Positions 30,301 to 38,145 of a stretch of DNA of 64,000 bases are shown piece by piece. The notes under the pieces were generated by a model. The model was not told where the DNA came from. It was given only the letters and a program-made list of their open reading frames with translations, and searched no databases. Origin of the DNA: a virus (taxonomy: Duplodnaviria > Caudoviricetes); the IMG/VR virus record IMGVR_UViG_3300020450_000008. One strand, written 5' to 3'. How positions within the stretch are numbered: position 1 is the stretch's first letter; every line of letters begins with the position of its first letter. The position numbers were made by a program, and so were the translations under genes.

Positions 30301-31239
30301 TATTTTACAAATGAAAGAGTTGATGACCGTGTAGGCTCACTAATAACAGCAGGCGTTAATGTTGCAACAACGTATGACGATGCAGCTGGAACACTTGAAA
30401 TAAGAGTCCCATTTGAAAACATTGATGATAGAGTTGGAACTATTTTAACTGCCGGTAACGGTATTAATATTAATTATGACGATCCAAATGCCACAATTAC
30501 AATAACTAACACACTTAATACAAGTGATTTTGCAGATTCAGCAACCGTAATCAGTTTGATCGATTCAGCTTTTGGACAGTTAAATGTTGGAGTTATTGAT
30601 ACTGATAACGTATTTCTTCAAGGTGCGACAGATCACGCAGGTATTGCTTTTGGTAGTACTTCTGTTCTTCCTTTTAGAAACGGCAATTATTCAAACGCTA
30701 CTACTGACTTAGGTCACTCTGTTGCCGGCGCTTTCAAAGACGCTTACTTATCGGGTGGACTATACGTTGGTGGAACTGGGTCGGCAAACTATTTAGATGA
30801 CTATGAAGAAGGAACATGGACTCCTACGATTGTTGGTACTTCTAATACTCCTACCTTTTATAATCGAGTTGGAAGATACACAAAAATAGGTAGGTTAGTA
30901 ACACTTCAATGTTTTTTGCAAACTAATGTAGCTCCAACATATTCAAATGCTAATACTCAATTTAAAATATCAGGAGTTCCTTTTAATCTTCTAGCTATTG
31001 GTTATACAGGTGCTCAAGGAACTGTAAATTCACAAGCATTAAGATATGTTTCTGGTGACAACGACCAAAATGCTGGTGCTAGTACTGGTGGTGGTCATCT
31101 AACTTGTGGTATACATGCTGATGAACAATTAATATTTCATGTTACTGGTAGTGGTCAATCAAGAGGTTTTGTTGAAAATAGTGGCACAACTTCAGGATTT
31201 ATTCTTGAAGCAACAATAAGTTATTTTACAGATGCGTAG
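27352..31239 (+). CDS. Long fibre-like virion protein with DS-rich repeat stalk and C-terminal receptor-binding-type domain
   Basis: About 47 Asp-Ser dipeptides in YIQAR/RDSGF repeats; two GQT-type modules; C-terminal YLDDYEEGTWTP...GRYTKIGRLV fibre-tip motif. Confidence 0.75.
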   Translation: MADILKYRLPDGTEAEVTSNTSSVTLPFTTPHLDFTVILDQLAVNPGEVRGWYVSSSTYFSPTLSGNYNYRLELIEGQTRTVTIQTVDAKNTSDLNSGRFSSFRDNFSITVTRGSAPADSSADSTTQSFLTFPDSDARLTIEGNQIVLTDSNFQFNISALDVIDSAYIQARQAFSTFDSNEVVALINANTPTLIENSVPLDSSTVSAIINNQVDSNYVSGRQIIGSDSASIITIVNSIVDSAYVSLRDRVQDSGFVTGIVDAAYVQARDRIRDSGFVTNVIDSNYIISILDDSSLTIDGNGLNNGVTISDGSIVMRTGTGSVAAIDMYCEVNNIHRVRLKAPSHSNFSGNPDVILPNTSGTIALTSDITGTVTASYIQANQTKFLDSSLATQLIDASYIQARQLFDSDTLRDSGFITGIITPEYIQARQMFDSDTLRDSGFITGIIDSDYINNRTASGTDSTAVLAMITTTITPGYIQARQLFDSDTKVDSAFVTSIVDAAYVQARDRIRDSGFVTDILLPNEFAKDSAVKLYFAGTKKFETTDSGVDVQGDLTLVQNNARIKLGGLILRDSNGALAIKDSAGIATSITFSNQFDSSTALSLIDSAYVQARQVDLQRESGFIIGIVDTAYVQARQSFGAAGDSTSTIAIIQSVVNNSYVQARQTNFDFLDSGEVINLIDSNYVQARQVDLQRDSGFVTGIITPEYIQARQLFDSDTDTLRDSGFITGIIDSDYINNRTSSGVDSATVLSIVDSDYISAVAGGFASPRFKDFKYIATNAQTTFTGNDANSKTLALKDSNFAVYLNGIRLLRSDYTSTNTSVVLDSAASTGDEIVISAMTADFRGSADLIDSAYIQERIGGVISPIFTNFKFIADGNQTEFFGNDANGNGLTFDSHNFNVLLNGIQLDRSDYHADAGANKIFLVSGATASDELVVNTLKSTITSTLQAVKDIVTPEYIQARQLFDSDTDTNLSSTDSLSEGSTNLYFTNERVDDRVGSLITAGVNVATTYDDAAGTLEIRVPFENIDDRVGTILTAGNGININYDDPNATITITNTLNTSDFADSATVISLIDSAFGQLNVGVIDTDNVFLQGATDHAGIAFGSTSVLPFRNGNYSNATTDLGHSVAGAFKDAYLSGGLYVGGTGSANYLDDYEEGTWTPTIVGTSNTPTFYNRVGRYTKIGRLVTLQCFLQTNVAPTYSNANTQFKISGVPFNLLAIGYTGAQGTVNSQALRYVSGDNDQNAGASTGGGHLTCGIHADEQLIFHVTGSGQSRGFVENSGTTSGFILEATISYFTDA
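28130..30260 (+). repeat. Dispersed near-identical coding repeats inside the 27352 fibre gene
   Basis: caagcaagagatagaataagagactctggttttgtaac at ~28147 and ~28861; a ~115-nt block at ~28602-28716 recurs at ~29443-29564; ccagaatatattcaagcaag at ~28615, ~29458 and ~30208. Confidence 0.8.
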
Positions 31240-31254
31240 TAAGGAGAGGATAAA

Positions 31255-31512
31255 ATGGCAATAACAAAAGAAGTAGTACAAGATAAAATAGAGATAGTGG
31301 GAGAGTTTAAAAAAATTCATGTACGAACTGCTACTGTAATAAAAGAAGACGGTGTAGAGTTGTCACGATCTTTCCATCGTCATGTTGTAGGACCAGATAG
31401 CGATATTTCAGGCGAAAGCGCAGAAGTACAAGCAATTTGTAATGTAGTACACACTGACGCAGTAAAGTCTGCATATGCTACATATAAAGCTGCGCTTGAA
31501 GGAGGGGGATAG
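31255..31512 (+). CDS. Small protein of the type found after marine phage fibre genes; putative fibre assembly chaperone
   Basis: Strong RBS aggagagg; VRTATVIKEDGVELSRSFHRHV motif; position directly after a fibre gene. Confidence 0.65.
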   Translation: MAITKEVVQDKIEIVGEFKKIHVRTATVIKEDGVELSRSFHRHVVGPDSDISGESAEVQAICNVVHTDAVKSAYATYKAALEGGG

Positions 31513-32405
31513 TGAGTAGAGCAAGAAATTTTGCAGATTTAATAAACGGAATCGCTGCTAATAAGATTACAAGTGGCTCATTAGATGCTGCCCGTATACC
31601 AGACTTACCGACTTCTAAAATTACATCTGGAACTTTTGCCGATGCTAGACTTTCTTCTAGTTCTGTTACCCAACATGTTGATTTAACTGCACTATCAGCA
31701 AGCAATCTTACATCTGGTACTGTACCATCTGCACGATTATCATTATCTGCTAGTGATGTTCCAAATTTAGCTACATCAAAAATTACAAGTGGTACGTTTG
31801 ATGATGCTCGAATAAGTTCCTCGTCTGTTACTGCTCATGTAGATTTATCAAATCTTAACGCAAGTAATCTAACATCTGGTACAGTTCCAAACGCTAGATA
31901 CGGAACTCCTACATTTTCTGCGGCAAACTTAACAAGTGTTCCAGCGGCATCTGCTGTAACTGGCACTTGGACACCTGGAGTTAGTTCTGGTTCTATTACT
32001 AGTATTTCTGGTAAGTATCAAAAATTTGGACAAGTTGTATATGCTCAAGCTTCATGGAAATGGAGTTCAGGTCCAGCGGTTTCAACACATGGAGAAAGGT
32101 CTACTTACTGGTATATGACAGGACTACCATTTACATCAATTAACATTGGTTCTGATTGGTTGATAGGCGATGTTCGCTATACCGGTCCAGATGGTGCAAA
32201 AATGAATGGACAATATGGTTGGTTTGTTGAGCAAAATAATACTCGTCTTAATATTGTTAGAGCATTAGGAAGCACACGTTCTGCAATAGATGGATATGAT
32301 GGCTATGGTTATGCTGAAGCGATGAATAATAACGAAGCTGATGATTTGCGAACAAATTATAATGCGTATAACTACATTTCACTTTATTACTTAGCTGCTA
32401 GTTAA
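31512..32405 (+). CDS. Short fibre / receptor-binding protein, paralog A (GTG start)
   Basis: N-terminal MSRARNFADLING; repeated SKITSGTFADARLSSSSV; C-terminal GTWTP...GKYQKFGQVV tip domain. Confidence 0.7.
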   Translation: MSRARNFADLINGIAANKITSGSLDAARIPDLPTSKITSGTFADARLSSSSVTQHVDLTALSASNLTSGTVPSARLSLSASDVPNLATSKITSGTFDDARISSSSVTAHVDLSNLNASNLTSGTVPNARYGTPTFSAANLTSVPAASAVTGTWTPGVSSGSITSISGKYQKFGQVVYAQASWKWSSGPAVSTHGERSTYWYMTGLPFTSINIGSDWLIGDVRYTGPDGAKMNGQYGWFVEQNNTRLNIVRALGSTRSAIDGYDGYGYAEAMNNNEADDLRTNYNAYNYISLYYLAAS

Positions 32406-32418
32406 AAGGATTAAATAA

Positions 32419-33318
32419 ATGAGTAGAACAAGAGATTTTGCAAATTTAATAAATGGAATATCAGCCACTAAGATTACCAGTGGTACGTTTGCTGATGCTC
32501 GTATACCAAACTTAGCAACTTCTAAAATTACTACCGGGACATTTGCTGATGCTCGTTTGTCAAGCTCATCGGTCTCACAACATGTAGACTTATCAAGTAT
32601 TGATTCTGATTACGTTCAAGCACGTCAAGCGACAGCAGATCTCTCTAATTTAAATGCTTCTAATTTGACTTCTGGGACAATACCGAATGCTAGAATAACT
32701 TTAGATGCTAATGAAATACCAAGCTTACCAGCTTCGAAGATAACAAGTGGAACATTTGCTGATGGAAGAATTAGCTCTTCTTCTGTTACTGCCCATGTAA
32801 GTGCTGTTACTAGTACTTCAGGAAGTTGGACACCATCTTTTTCTAGTGGAGCAATTCGTGGTGCCTGGGGTTATTATTATAAAATTGGTAATCTCGTACA
32901 CTGTGTAGGTGGTTGGGAAATGGATGGAGGAGCTAACAGTGGAAATCAAATAGGTGCAGGCGAAAATAATAATATATGGTATGTGAATGGATTGCCTTTT
33001 ACATCAAACAGCAATGGGAAAGCGGCAGGTGGAGGTATTTGTTATCCTAATGGAAGAAACTTTGCCGCACAAGCAAATCACCAAGCAGTAATAAAAGCTA
33101 ATTCAACAAGTATATACATATACACTGCTGGCTCTGATGGAGCAGGAATTACTGGTTATGGTGGTGAAAATCCTGATGCTGCAGGTTCATCAAATTTTAG
33201 TGGTTATAATTCTTTTTACACTAATAATAACGCTCACATGTCGTGGAACGAGTGGAGTAGATACCAAGGTTCAGATAGCCGCGGGTTTGGGTGGGTTTCA
33301 GTACAATACTATGTTTAA
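32419..33318 (+). CDS. Short fibre / receptor-binding protein, paralog B
   Basis: N-terminal half is highly similar to paralog A (MSRTRDFANLING, SKITSGTFADAR); divergent C-terminal GSWTP...GYYYKIGNLV domain. Confidence 0.7.
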   Translation: MSRTRDFANLINGISATKITSGTFADARIPNLATSKITTGTFADARLSSSSVSQHVDLSSIDSDYVQARQATADLSNLNASNLTSGTIPNARITLDANEIPSLPASKITSGTFADGRISSSSVTAHVSAVTSTSGSWTPSFSSGAIRGAWGYYYKIGNLVHCVGGWEMDGGANSGNQIGAGENNNIWYVNGLPFTSNSNGKAAGGGICYPNGRNFAAQANHQAVIKANSTSIYIYTAGSDGAGITGYGGENPDAAGSSNFSGYNSFYTNNNAHMSWNEWSRYQGSDSRGFGWVSVQYYV

Positions 33319-33333
33319 CAGGAGAAAAATTAA

Positions 33334-33621
33334 ATGAGTTACACAACAACAAAGCTTCAGTATTCAATAGATATAATGAGAACAACTGATAATCATGCCT
33401 GTGGATTTATGGCAAAAAATATGAATTTTGAGGGTGACACAATAGATTCATCTGGTAATGTCATAAAAACCGGAGCAGGTTGGATAGAATCTGATTGGAA
33501 CTGGGATACTGAACTACAAAGAGTTTTTGGAGAGGTAAACACCGATCTTAAAACAACAATAGAAAACCATTTCACAGACAGCTGCAAAGCAGCTTATGCG
33601 ACTTACGTAAAAGGTGGATAA
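33334..33621 (+). CDS. Small protein, putative second fibre chaperone (distant paralog of 31255)
   Basis: RBS aggag; C-terminal TDSCKAAYATYVKGG versus TDAVKSAYATYKAALEGGG in 31255. Confidence 0.55.
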   Translation: MSYTTTKLQYSIDIMRTTDNHACGFMAKNMNFEGDTIDSSGNVIKTGAGWIESDWNWDTELQRVFGEVNTDLKTTIENHFTDSCKAAYATYVKGG

Positions 33622-33636
33622 TTAAATAATTAATCT

Positions 33637-33665
33637 CAAGTTAGAAAACCTAACTTGTATAAATA
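33637..33665 (+). promoter_or_regulatory. Inverted repeat (caagttag/ctaacttg) abutting late promoter TATAAATA (33658-33665)
   Basis: 8-bp perfect stem with a 5-nt loop, followed immediately by the exact late consensus upstream of the prohead genes. Confidence 0.8.
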
Positions 33666-33684
33666 AACTAAAATATGGAGAACA

Positions 33685-34065
33685 ATGATGGAAAATGAAA
33701 TAATTGAAAACAGTGACGAAATTGATACAGAAGAAGATCAAGTTACAGATGCATTGGAAGACCAAGAAGAAGAAGATCTAGCTGATGGAGAGGAAGCCGA
33801 TACCGAAGAAGTAGAGACAAATCCTGTTAGTGATTTAATCAATTCTATCGAGAATAAAGATTATGTTACATCAGCAAATATATTTAATGATATAGTAGGT
33901 TCTCGATTGCAAACCGCTTTGGAAGACGAAAAAGTTGCAATAGCTAATAAATTATACAACGATACACCAGAAGATACTACAGACGAAATTTCAGACGAAG
34001 AATTAATAGATACTGAAGAAGATATTACAGCAGAAAATGAAGAAGAATCTGTAGCCGCAGCATGA
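33685..34065 (+). CDS. Acidic prohead core protein (gp67-like)
   Basis: Very Glu/Asp-rich; located upstream of the prohead protease as in T4-like head modules. Confidence 0.6.
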   Translation: MMENEIIENSDEIDTEEDQVTDALEDQEEEDLADGEEADTEEVETNPVSDLINSIENKDYVTSANIFNDIVGSRLQTALEDEKVAIANKLYNDTPEDTTDEISDEELIDTEEDITAENEEESVAAA

Positions 34066-34256
34066 AATTCACAGATTTAAGAACCTCTCTAACTGAGAAT
34101 AAAAAACTCAGATTAAAGGGAGTTACGATTGAAGTAAAGAAAATCGGTCGTAAGTTTCGTGCTATGGTAGACGGCGAAAAGTTAGATGATTATGCAACTG
34201 AAATGCAGGCCATGAAAATGGCAAAAGAATTTATAAAGCAATATAAGGGAAGATAG
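34062..34256 (+). CDS. Small basic prohead core protein (gp68-like position)
   Basis: Overlapping start/stop coupling with both neighbours; position before gp21. Confidence 0.5.
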   Translation: MKFTDLRTSLTENKKLRLKGVTIEVKKIGRKFRAMVDGEKLDDYATEMQAMKMAKEFIKQYKGR

Positions 34257-34913
34257 ATGAAACTAATTACCGAATATACTGAAAATGACATCCAGTGCAT
34301 GGTCACCGAAGAAAAAGGCGGAAAGAAGAATTACGTCATCGAAGGCGTATTTGCACAGGCTGAAAAAGCAAATCGAAACAAAAGGTTCTATCCTAAAGAG
34401 GTTTTAGAATCTGCTGTTGATAAGTTCGTAAAAGAACAAGTAACTACAAATAGAGCTGTTGGAGAATTAAATCATCCAGAAGGTCCAACAGTTAATCTGG
34501 ATAAGGTTTCACATCGCATTACCGACATGAATTGGGAAGGTAATAACGTGATGGGAAAGGCGCTTGTATTAGACACACCAATGGGAAATATCGTAAAAGG
34601 TCTCCTTGAAGGCGGTTGTCAACTAGGCGTTTCAACTCGTGGTATGGGAAGTCTTGAGGATCGGAATGGAACAGCGCATGTGAAAAATGATTTTCACTTA
34701 GCGACTGTAGACGTTGTACAAGATCCATCTGCACCAGACGCTTTTGTTAATGGAATAATGGAAGGTGTAGAATGGGTTTGGAATAACGGTGTTATACAAC
34801 CTCAAGTCATTGAAAAGATTGAGACTGAAATTAAAAAAGCTCCAAGTGCGAACTTAAAGTACGTACAGGAACGTGAGTGGCAGAATTTCCTCTCGTTGTT
34901 AAAAACTAAATAA
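34257..34913 (+). CDS. gp21: Prohead protease gp21
   Basis: MKLITE, GELNHPEGP, LGVSTRGMGSL, VDVVQDPSAPDAFV motifs. Confidence 0.96.
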   Translation: MKLITEYTENDIQCMVTEEKGGKKNYVIEGVFAQAEKANRNKRFYPKEVLESAVDKFVKEQVTTNRAVGELNHPEGPTVNLDKVSHRITDMNWEGNNVMGKALVLDTPMGNIVKGLLEGGCQLGVSTRGMGSLEDRNGTAHVKNDFHLATVDVVQDPSAPDAFVNGIMEGVEWVWNNGVIQPQVIEKIETEIKKAPSANLKYVQEREWQNFLSLLKTK

Positions 34914-34924
34914 GGGAGTCAAAC

Positions 34925-36058
34925 ATGACTGATCAAATCGAACAGGATGTTGAGCTTACCAATGAAACAGAGGAAGCTCTATCCGAAAAGAAACATGGCA
35001 AAGTTAACGCTGGCCATGATCCAAAAAATGCTGAAGCTCAGTCAGCAGCATCTGTAAAAGCTGCAGGTGGTGCAACTGGTACAGCAAAATTACCGGATAT
35101 GGGAACTGCAGTTAATAATAAAAACGCAGATCCTATGCCAAAAATGACTAAAGCTGGTATGGTCAACGCTATGAACAAAATGCTAAAGAGTATGAAGAAG
35201 CCTGAAATGGAAAAATTATACCAAGGTATGTATGGTGAAAGCGTTGAGATGGAAGATGAAGCAGTAATTACTTCAAATCATGACGAAGATCTCGATGTTC
35301 TTATCAAGAGCGAAGAGTCTCTATCTGAAGGATTTAAAGAAAGAGCCGCGGTTATCTTTGAATCAGCTGTAAATTCTAAAGTTGCAGAAGCTGTGAAAGC
35401 TAAAGACGCTGAAATTGAAGCGGAATTAGCTGAAAGAGTAGAAGCAATGGAAGAGCAATATAAGACAGATATCGAGGAAGGTCTTAACGAAGCCCGTGAA
35501 GGTTTAGTTGACAAAATCGATAACTATCTCAATTACGTAGTTGAAACATGGATGGAAGAAAACAAGCTTGCTGTCGAAAAAGGCTTGAGAACTGAAATCG
35601 CTGAGACATTTATGAATAATCTAAAAGATCTATTCAAAGAGTCTTATATCTCAGTTCCAGAATCCAAAGTGGATCTAGTTGATGATCTAGTAGAGCAAGT
35701 TGAAGAACTTGAAGGTCAGCTTAACAAATCAACTGAACAAGCTATGGCTATGAAAACAGAAACTGAAAACTTAAGACGTGACGCAATTATTCGCGACGCT
35801 TCTAAGGATTTAGCAGAAACTCAAGTAGCTAAACTCGAAAAACTTGCCGAGGGTATTAGTTTCGAAGACGAAGAAACATTCAAGAAAAAAGTTGCAACTT
35901 TAAAAGATTCATACTTTTCAAAAAATGCTGATGAAGCTGTAGAAGCTACTGAAGTACCTGTTGAAAAAATTGATGAAGCTACCGAAGAAGCAACTGATGA
36001 AACTGAAGTTTCTAGTGCGATGGAACAGTACATCAAAGCAATACGTCAATCAAATTAA
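34925..36058 (+). CDS. gp22: Prohead scaffold/core protein gp22
   Basis: Acidic coiled coil; LSEGFKERAAVIFE, DNYLNYVVETWMEEN motifs; located between gp21 and gp23. Confidence 0.93.
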   Translation: MTDQIEQDVELTNETEEALSEKKHGKVNAGHDPKNAEAQSAASVKAAGGATGTAKLPDMGTAVNNKNADPMPKMTKAGMVNAMNKMLKSMKKPEMEKLYQGMYGESVEMEDEAVITSNHDEDLDVLIKSEESLSEGFKERAAVIFESAVNSKVAEAVKAKDAEIEAELAERVEAMEEQYKTDIEEGLNEAREGLVDKIDNYLNYVVETWMEENKLAVEKGLRTEIAETFMNNLKDLFKESYISVPESKVDLVDDLVEQVEELEGQLNKSTEQAMAMKTETENLRRDAIIRDASKDLAETQVAKLEKLAEGISFEDEETFKKKVATLKDSYFSKNADEAVEATEVPVEKIDEATEEATDETEVSSAMEQYIKAIRQSN

Positions 36059-36069
36059 GGGAGACTTAA

Positions 36070-37401
36070 ATGTCAAATTTTTATAAAAATTTAACCGAAA
36101 AGTGGGCTCCTGTTCTTAACGAAGAATCCGCTGGTGAAATCAAGGACTCATACAGAAAGTCTGTGACTGCTGTTATTCTTGAAAACCAAGAGGCTGCTTT
36201 AAAAGAGCAGAGACAATCACTAACAGAAGCTGGTCCTGCTAATGCTATCTCATCTATCGATCGTTGGGATCCAGTTCTTATTTCACTCGTAAGACGTGCG
36301 TTACCAAACATGATGGCGTATGATGTCTGCGGTGTGCAGCCAATGACTGGTCCAACAGGACTCATCTTCGCGATGAAATCACGATTCAATGGAGGTTCAA
36401 CATCAAATACTGAAGCTCTATTTAACGAAGCTGATACACAATTCTCAGGTGACTCAGCAACAGCACAACCATCTAACTCATCAGGTCTTAATGACTCAGG
36501 TACTGGTAACCTAGTCGGTGGAATTGATGACGACAGAACAACAGCTCTATTTGCTGGCGGTATGCCAACAGGAGACGCTGAAGGTCTTGGGTCTGCTGCT
36601 GGTAGTGGTGATCCAAACTCTACTTTCAATGAGATGGGATTCACAATTGAGAAAGCTACTGTGACTGCAAAGTCAAGAGCGCTCAAGGCTGAATACAGCT
36701 TAGAACTAGCACAAGACCTTAAAGCGATTCATGGTCTTGACGCTGAGCAGGAATTATCAAACATTCTTTCTGCTGAAATTCTAGCTGAAATCAACAGAGA
36801 AGTCATCAGAACAATCAACTCACAAGCTAAAACTGGTGCATCAACAGCAAATACCGCTCTAAACGGTATATTCAACCTTGCTTCAGATGCTGATGGTAGA
36901 TGGTCAGTTGAAAAGTTCAAAGGCCTAATGGTACAAATCGATCGTGAAGCAAACACAATCGCAAAGCAGACCAGACGTGGACGAGGTAACTTCATCATAA
37001 CATCATCTGATGTTGCAAGTGCATTATCCGCAACAGGAATGTTAGATTACGCACCTGCATTATCAACAGCACTAAATGTTGATGACACAGGTAATACATT
37101 TGCTGGTGTTCTTAACGGAAGAACAAGAGTTTACATCGACCCATATGCAACTGTAGACTACGTAACAGTAGGATACAAAGGAACTAATGCATACGATGCT
37201 GGACTGTTCTATTGCCCATACGTACCACTAACAATGGTCAGAGCCGTTGCTGAAGATACATTCCAACCAAAAATTGGTTTCAAAACCAGATATGGAATGG
37301 TATCAAACCCATTTGTAGGTGCAACACCTTCAAACGGTCTAGCTGCAGCGAAGACCAACCAGTACTACAGAATCTTCAGAGTAGACAACATACTCGCATA
37401 A
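36070..37401 (+). CDS. gp23: Major capsid protein gp23
   Basis: KWAPVL, GVQPMTGPTGLIFAM, SRALKAEYSLELAQDLKAIHG, FQPKIGFKTRYG motifs. Confidence 0.98.
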   Translation: MSNFYKNLTEKWAPVLNEESAGEIKDSYRKSVTAVILENQEAALKEQRQSLTEAGPANAISSIDRWDPVLISLVRRALPNMMAYDVCGVQPMTGPTGLIFAMKSRFNGGSTSNTEALFNEADTQFSGDSATAQPSNSSGLNDSGTGNLVGGIDDDRTTALFAGGMPTGDAEGLGSAAGSGDPNSTFNEMGFTIEKATVTAKSRALKAEYSLELAQDLKAIHGLDAEQELSNILSAEILAEINREVIRTINSQAKTGASTANTALNGIFNLASDADGRWSVEKFKGLMVQIDREANTIAKQTRRGRGNFIITSSDVASALSATGMLDYAPALSTALNVDDTGNTFAGVLNGRTRVYIDPYATVDYVTVGYKGTNAYDAGLFYCPYVPLTMVRAVAEDTFQPKIGFKTRYGMVSNPFVGATPSNGLAAAKTNQYYRIFRVDNILA

Positions 37402-37423
37402 GAAGATATTCACCTCTACACTC

Positions 37424-37448
37424 AGGGGCCTTCGGGCCCCTTTTTTTT
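37424..37448 (+). terminator. Rho-independent terminator after gp23
   Basis: aggggcc-TTCG-ggcccct stem with a cUUCGg loop, followed by a T run. Confidence 0.95.
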
Positions 37449-37460
37449 ATTTTCGATATA

Positions 37461-37468
37461 TATAAATA
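37461..37468 (+). promoter_or_regulatory. T4-type late promoter TATAAATA
   Basis: Exact consensus just after the gp23 terminator. Confidence 0.85.
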
Positions 37469-37499
37469 ATAGTACAAATCAAATTATAGGAGAACACAA

Positions 37500-37655
37500 A
37501 TGAGTGATGATTTAATTGCTGAAACAGCAGATGGTAAAAAAGTAAAATGTAAAGGCGATGGCACTTGGGAATATGTGATTGATTTAGATCATGTACAAGG
37601 CGATGGCGAAGCAGAAGGTGGCGATGGAAAAGAGCCAGATCAAGGAAAATACTAA
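37500..37655 (+). CDS. Small acidic protein (51 aa, not in ORF track): MSDDLIAETADGKKVKCKGDGTWEY...
   Basis: Late promoter plus RBS aggag; its stop abuts the gp3 TTG start; the AETADGKKV..KGDGTWEY motif resembles the DUF3157-type beta-hairpin motif as I recall it. Confidence 0.7.
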   Translation: MSDDLIAETADGKKVKCKGDGTWEYVIDLDHVQGDGEAEGGDGKEPDQGKY

Positions 37656-38144
37656 TTGGCTGAAGAGTTTACAAATTATAACTATTTTCAACCTTCTCAG
37701 TTTAAGGTTAACATCGATAGTAAAAAGTATCCTAACTTAGAGTTTTATTGTCAAAATGTATCTCATCCGGGTATTGCTGTCAGTGGTGCTATTGTTCCTG
37801 TATCTAGACTATCAACGATATCAGTACCTGGTGATACATTAAACTATGATGAACTTGTGTTAGATATTATTGCTGATGAAAACTTTAAAGCGTATGATGA
37901 ATTTTATACTTGGTTACAGTCTCTTACTCAAGAAAGATCTGAACCTACTGATAAGTTTATTGAAACAGATATAATTTTGTCGATATTATCTAGTGCCAAT
38001 AATATTATTAAACAGTTTAAATATATAAATTGTGTACCTACAAGTCTTGGAGCAGTACAGTTTCAAGCTACAGTAGCTGATACAGACATAATAACATTTC
38101 CAATAACATTTAAAATAGATACGTTTGAATCTTTAACAGTATAA
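37656..38144 (+). CDS. gp3: Tail completion / tube terminator gp3 (TTG start)
   Basis: FKVNID...LEFYCQNVSHPGI, GDTLNYDELVLDIIADENFKAY, CVPTSLGAVQF motifs. Confidence 0.85.
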   Translation: MAEEFTNYNYFQPSQFKVNIDSKKYPNLEFYCQNVSHPGIAVSGAIVPVSRLSTISVPGDTLNYDELVLDIIADENFKAYDEFYTWLQSLTQERSEPTDKFIETDIILSILSSANNIIKQFKYINCVPTSLGAVQFQATVADTDIITFPITFKIDTFESLTV

Positions 38145-38145
38145 T

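Noticed and set aside
15-31239. DS codons often spell GANTC (GATTC/GACTC), the alphaproteobacterial CcrM methylation site, suggesting DNA-level selection
   Set aside because: Many DS are encoded GAT-AGT, GAC-AGT or GAT-AGC (not GANTC), and the excess is in-frame and limited to virion proteins. A frame-resolved GANTC count would settle it.
31512-33318. Paralogous RBP pair as a diversity-generating retroelement or invertible cassette
   Set aside because: No reverse transcriptase, recombinase or inverted copy is present in the window, and the tips are too divergent for a TR/VR pair.
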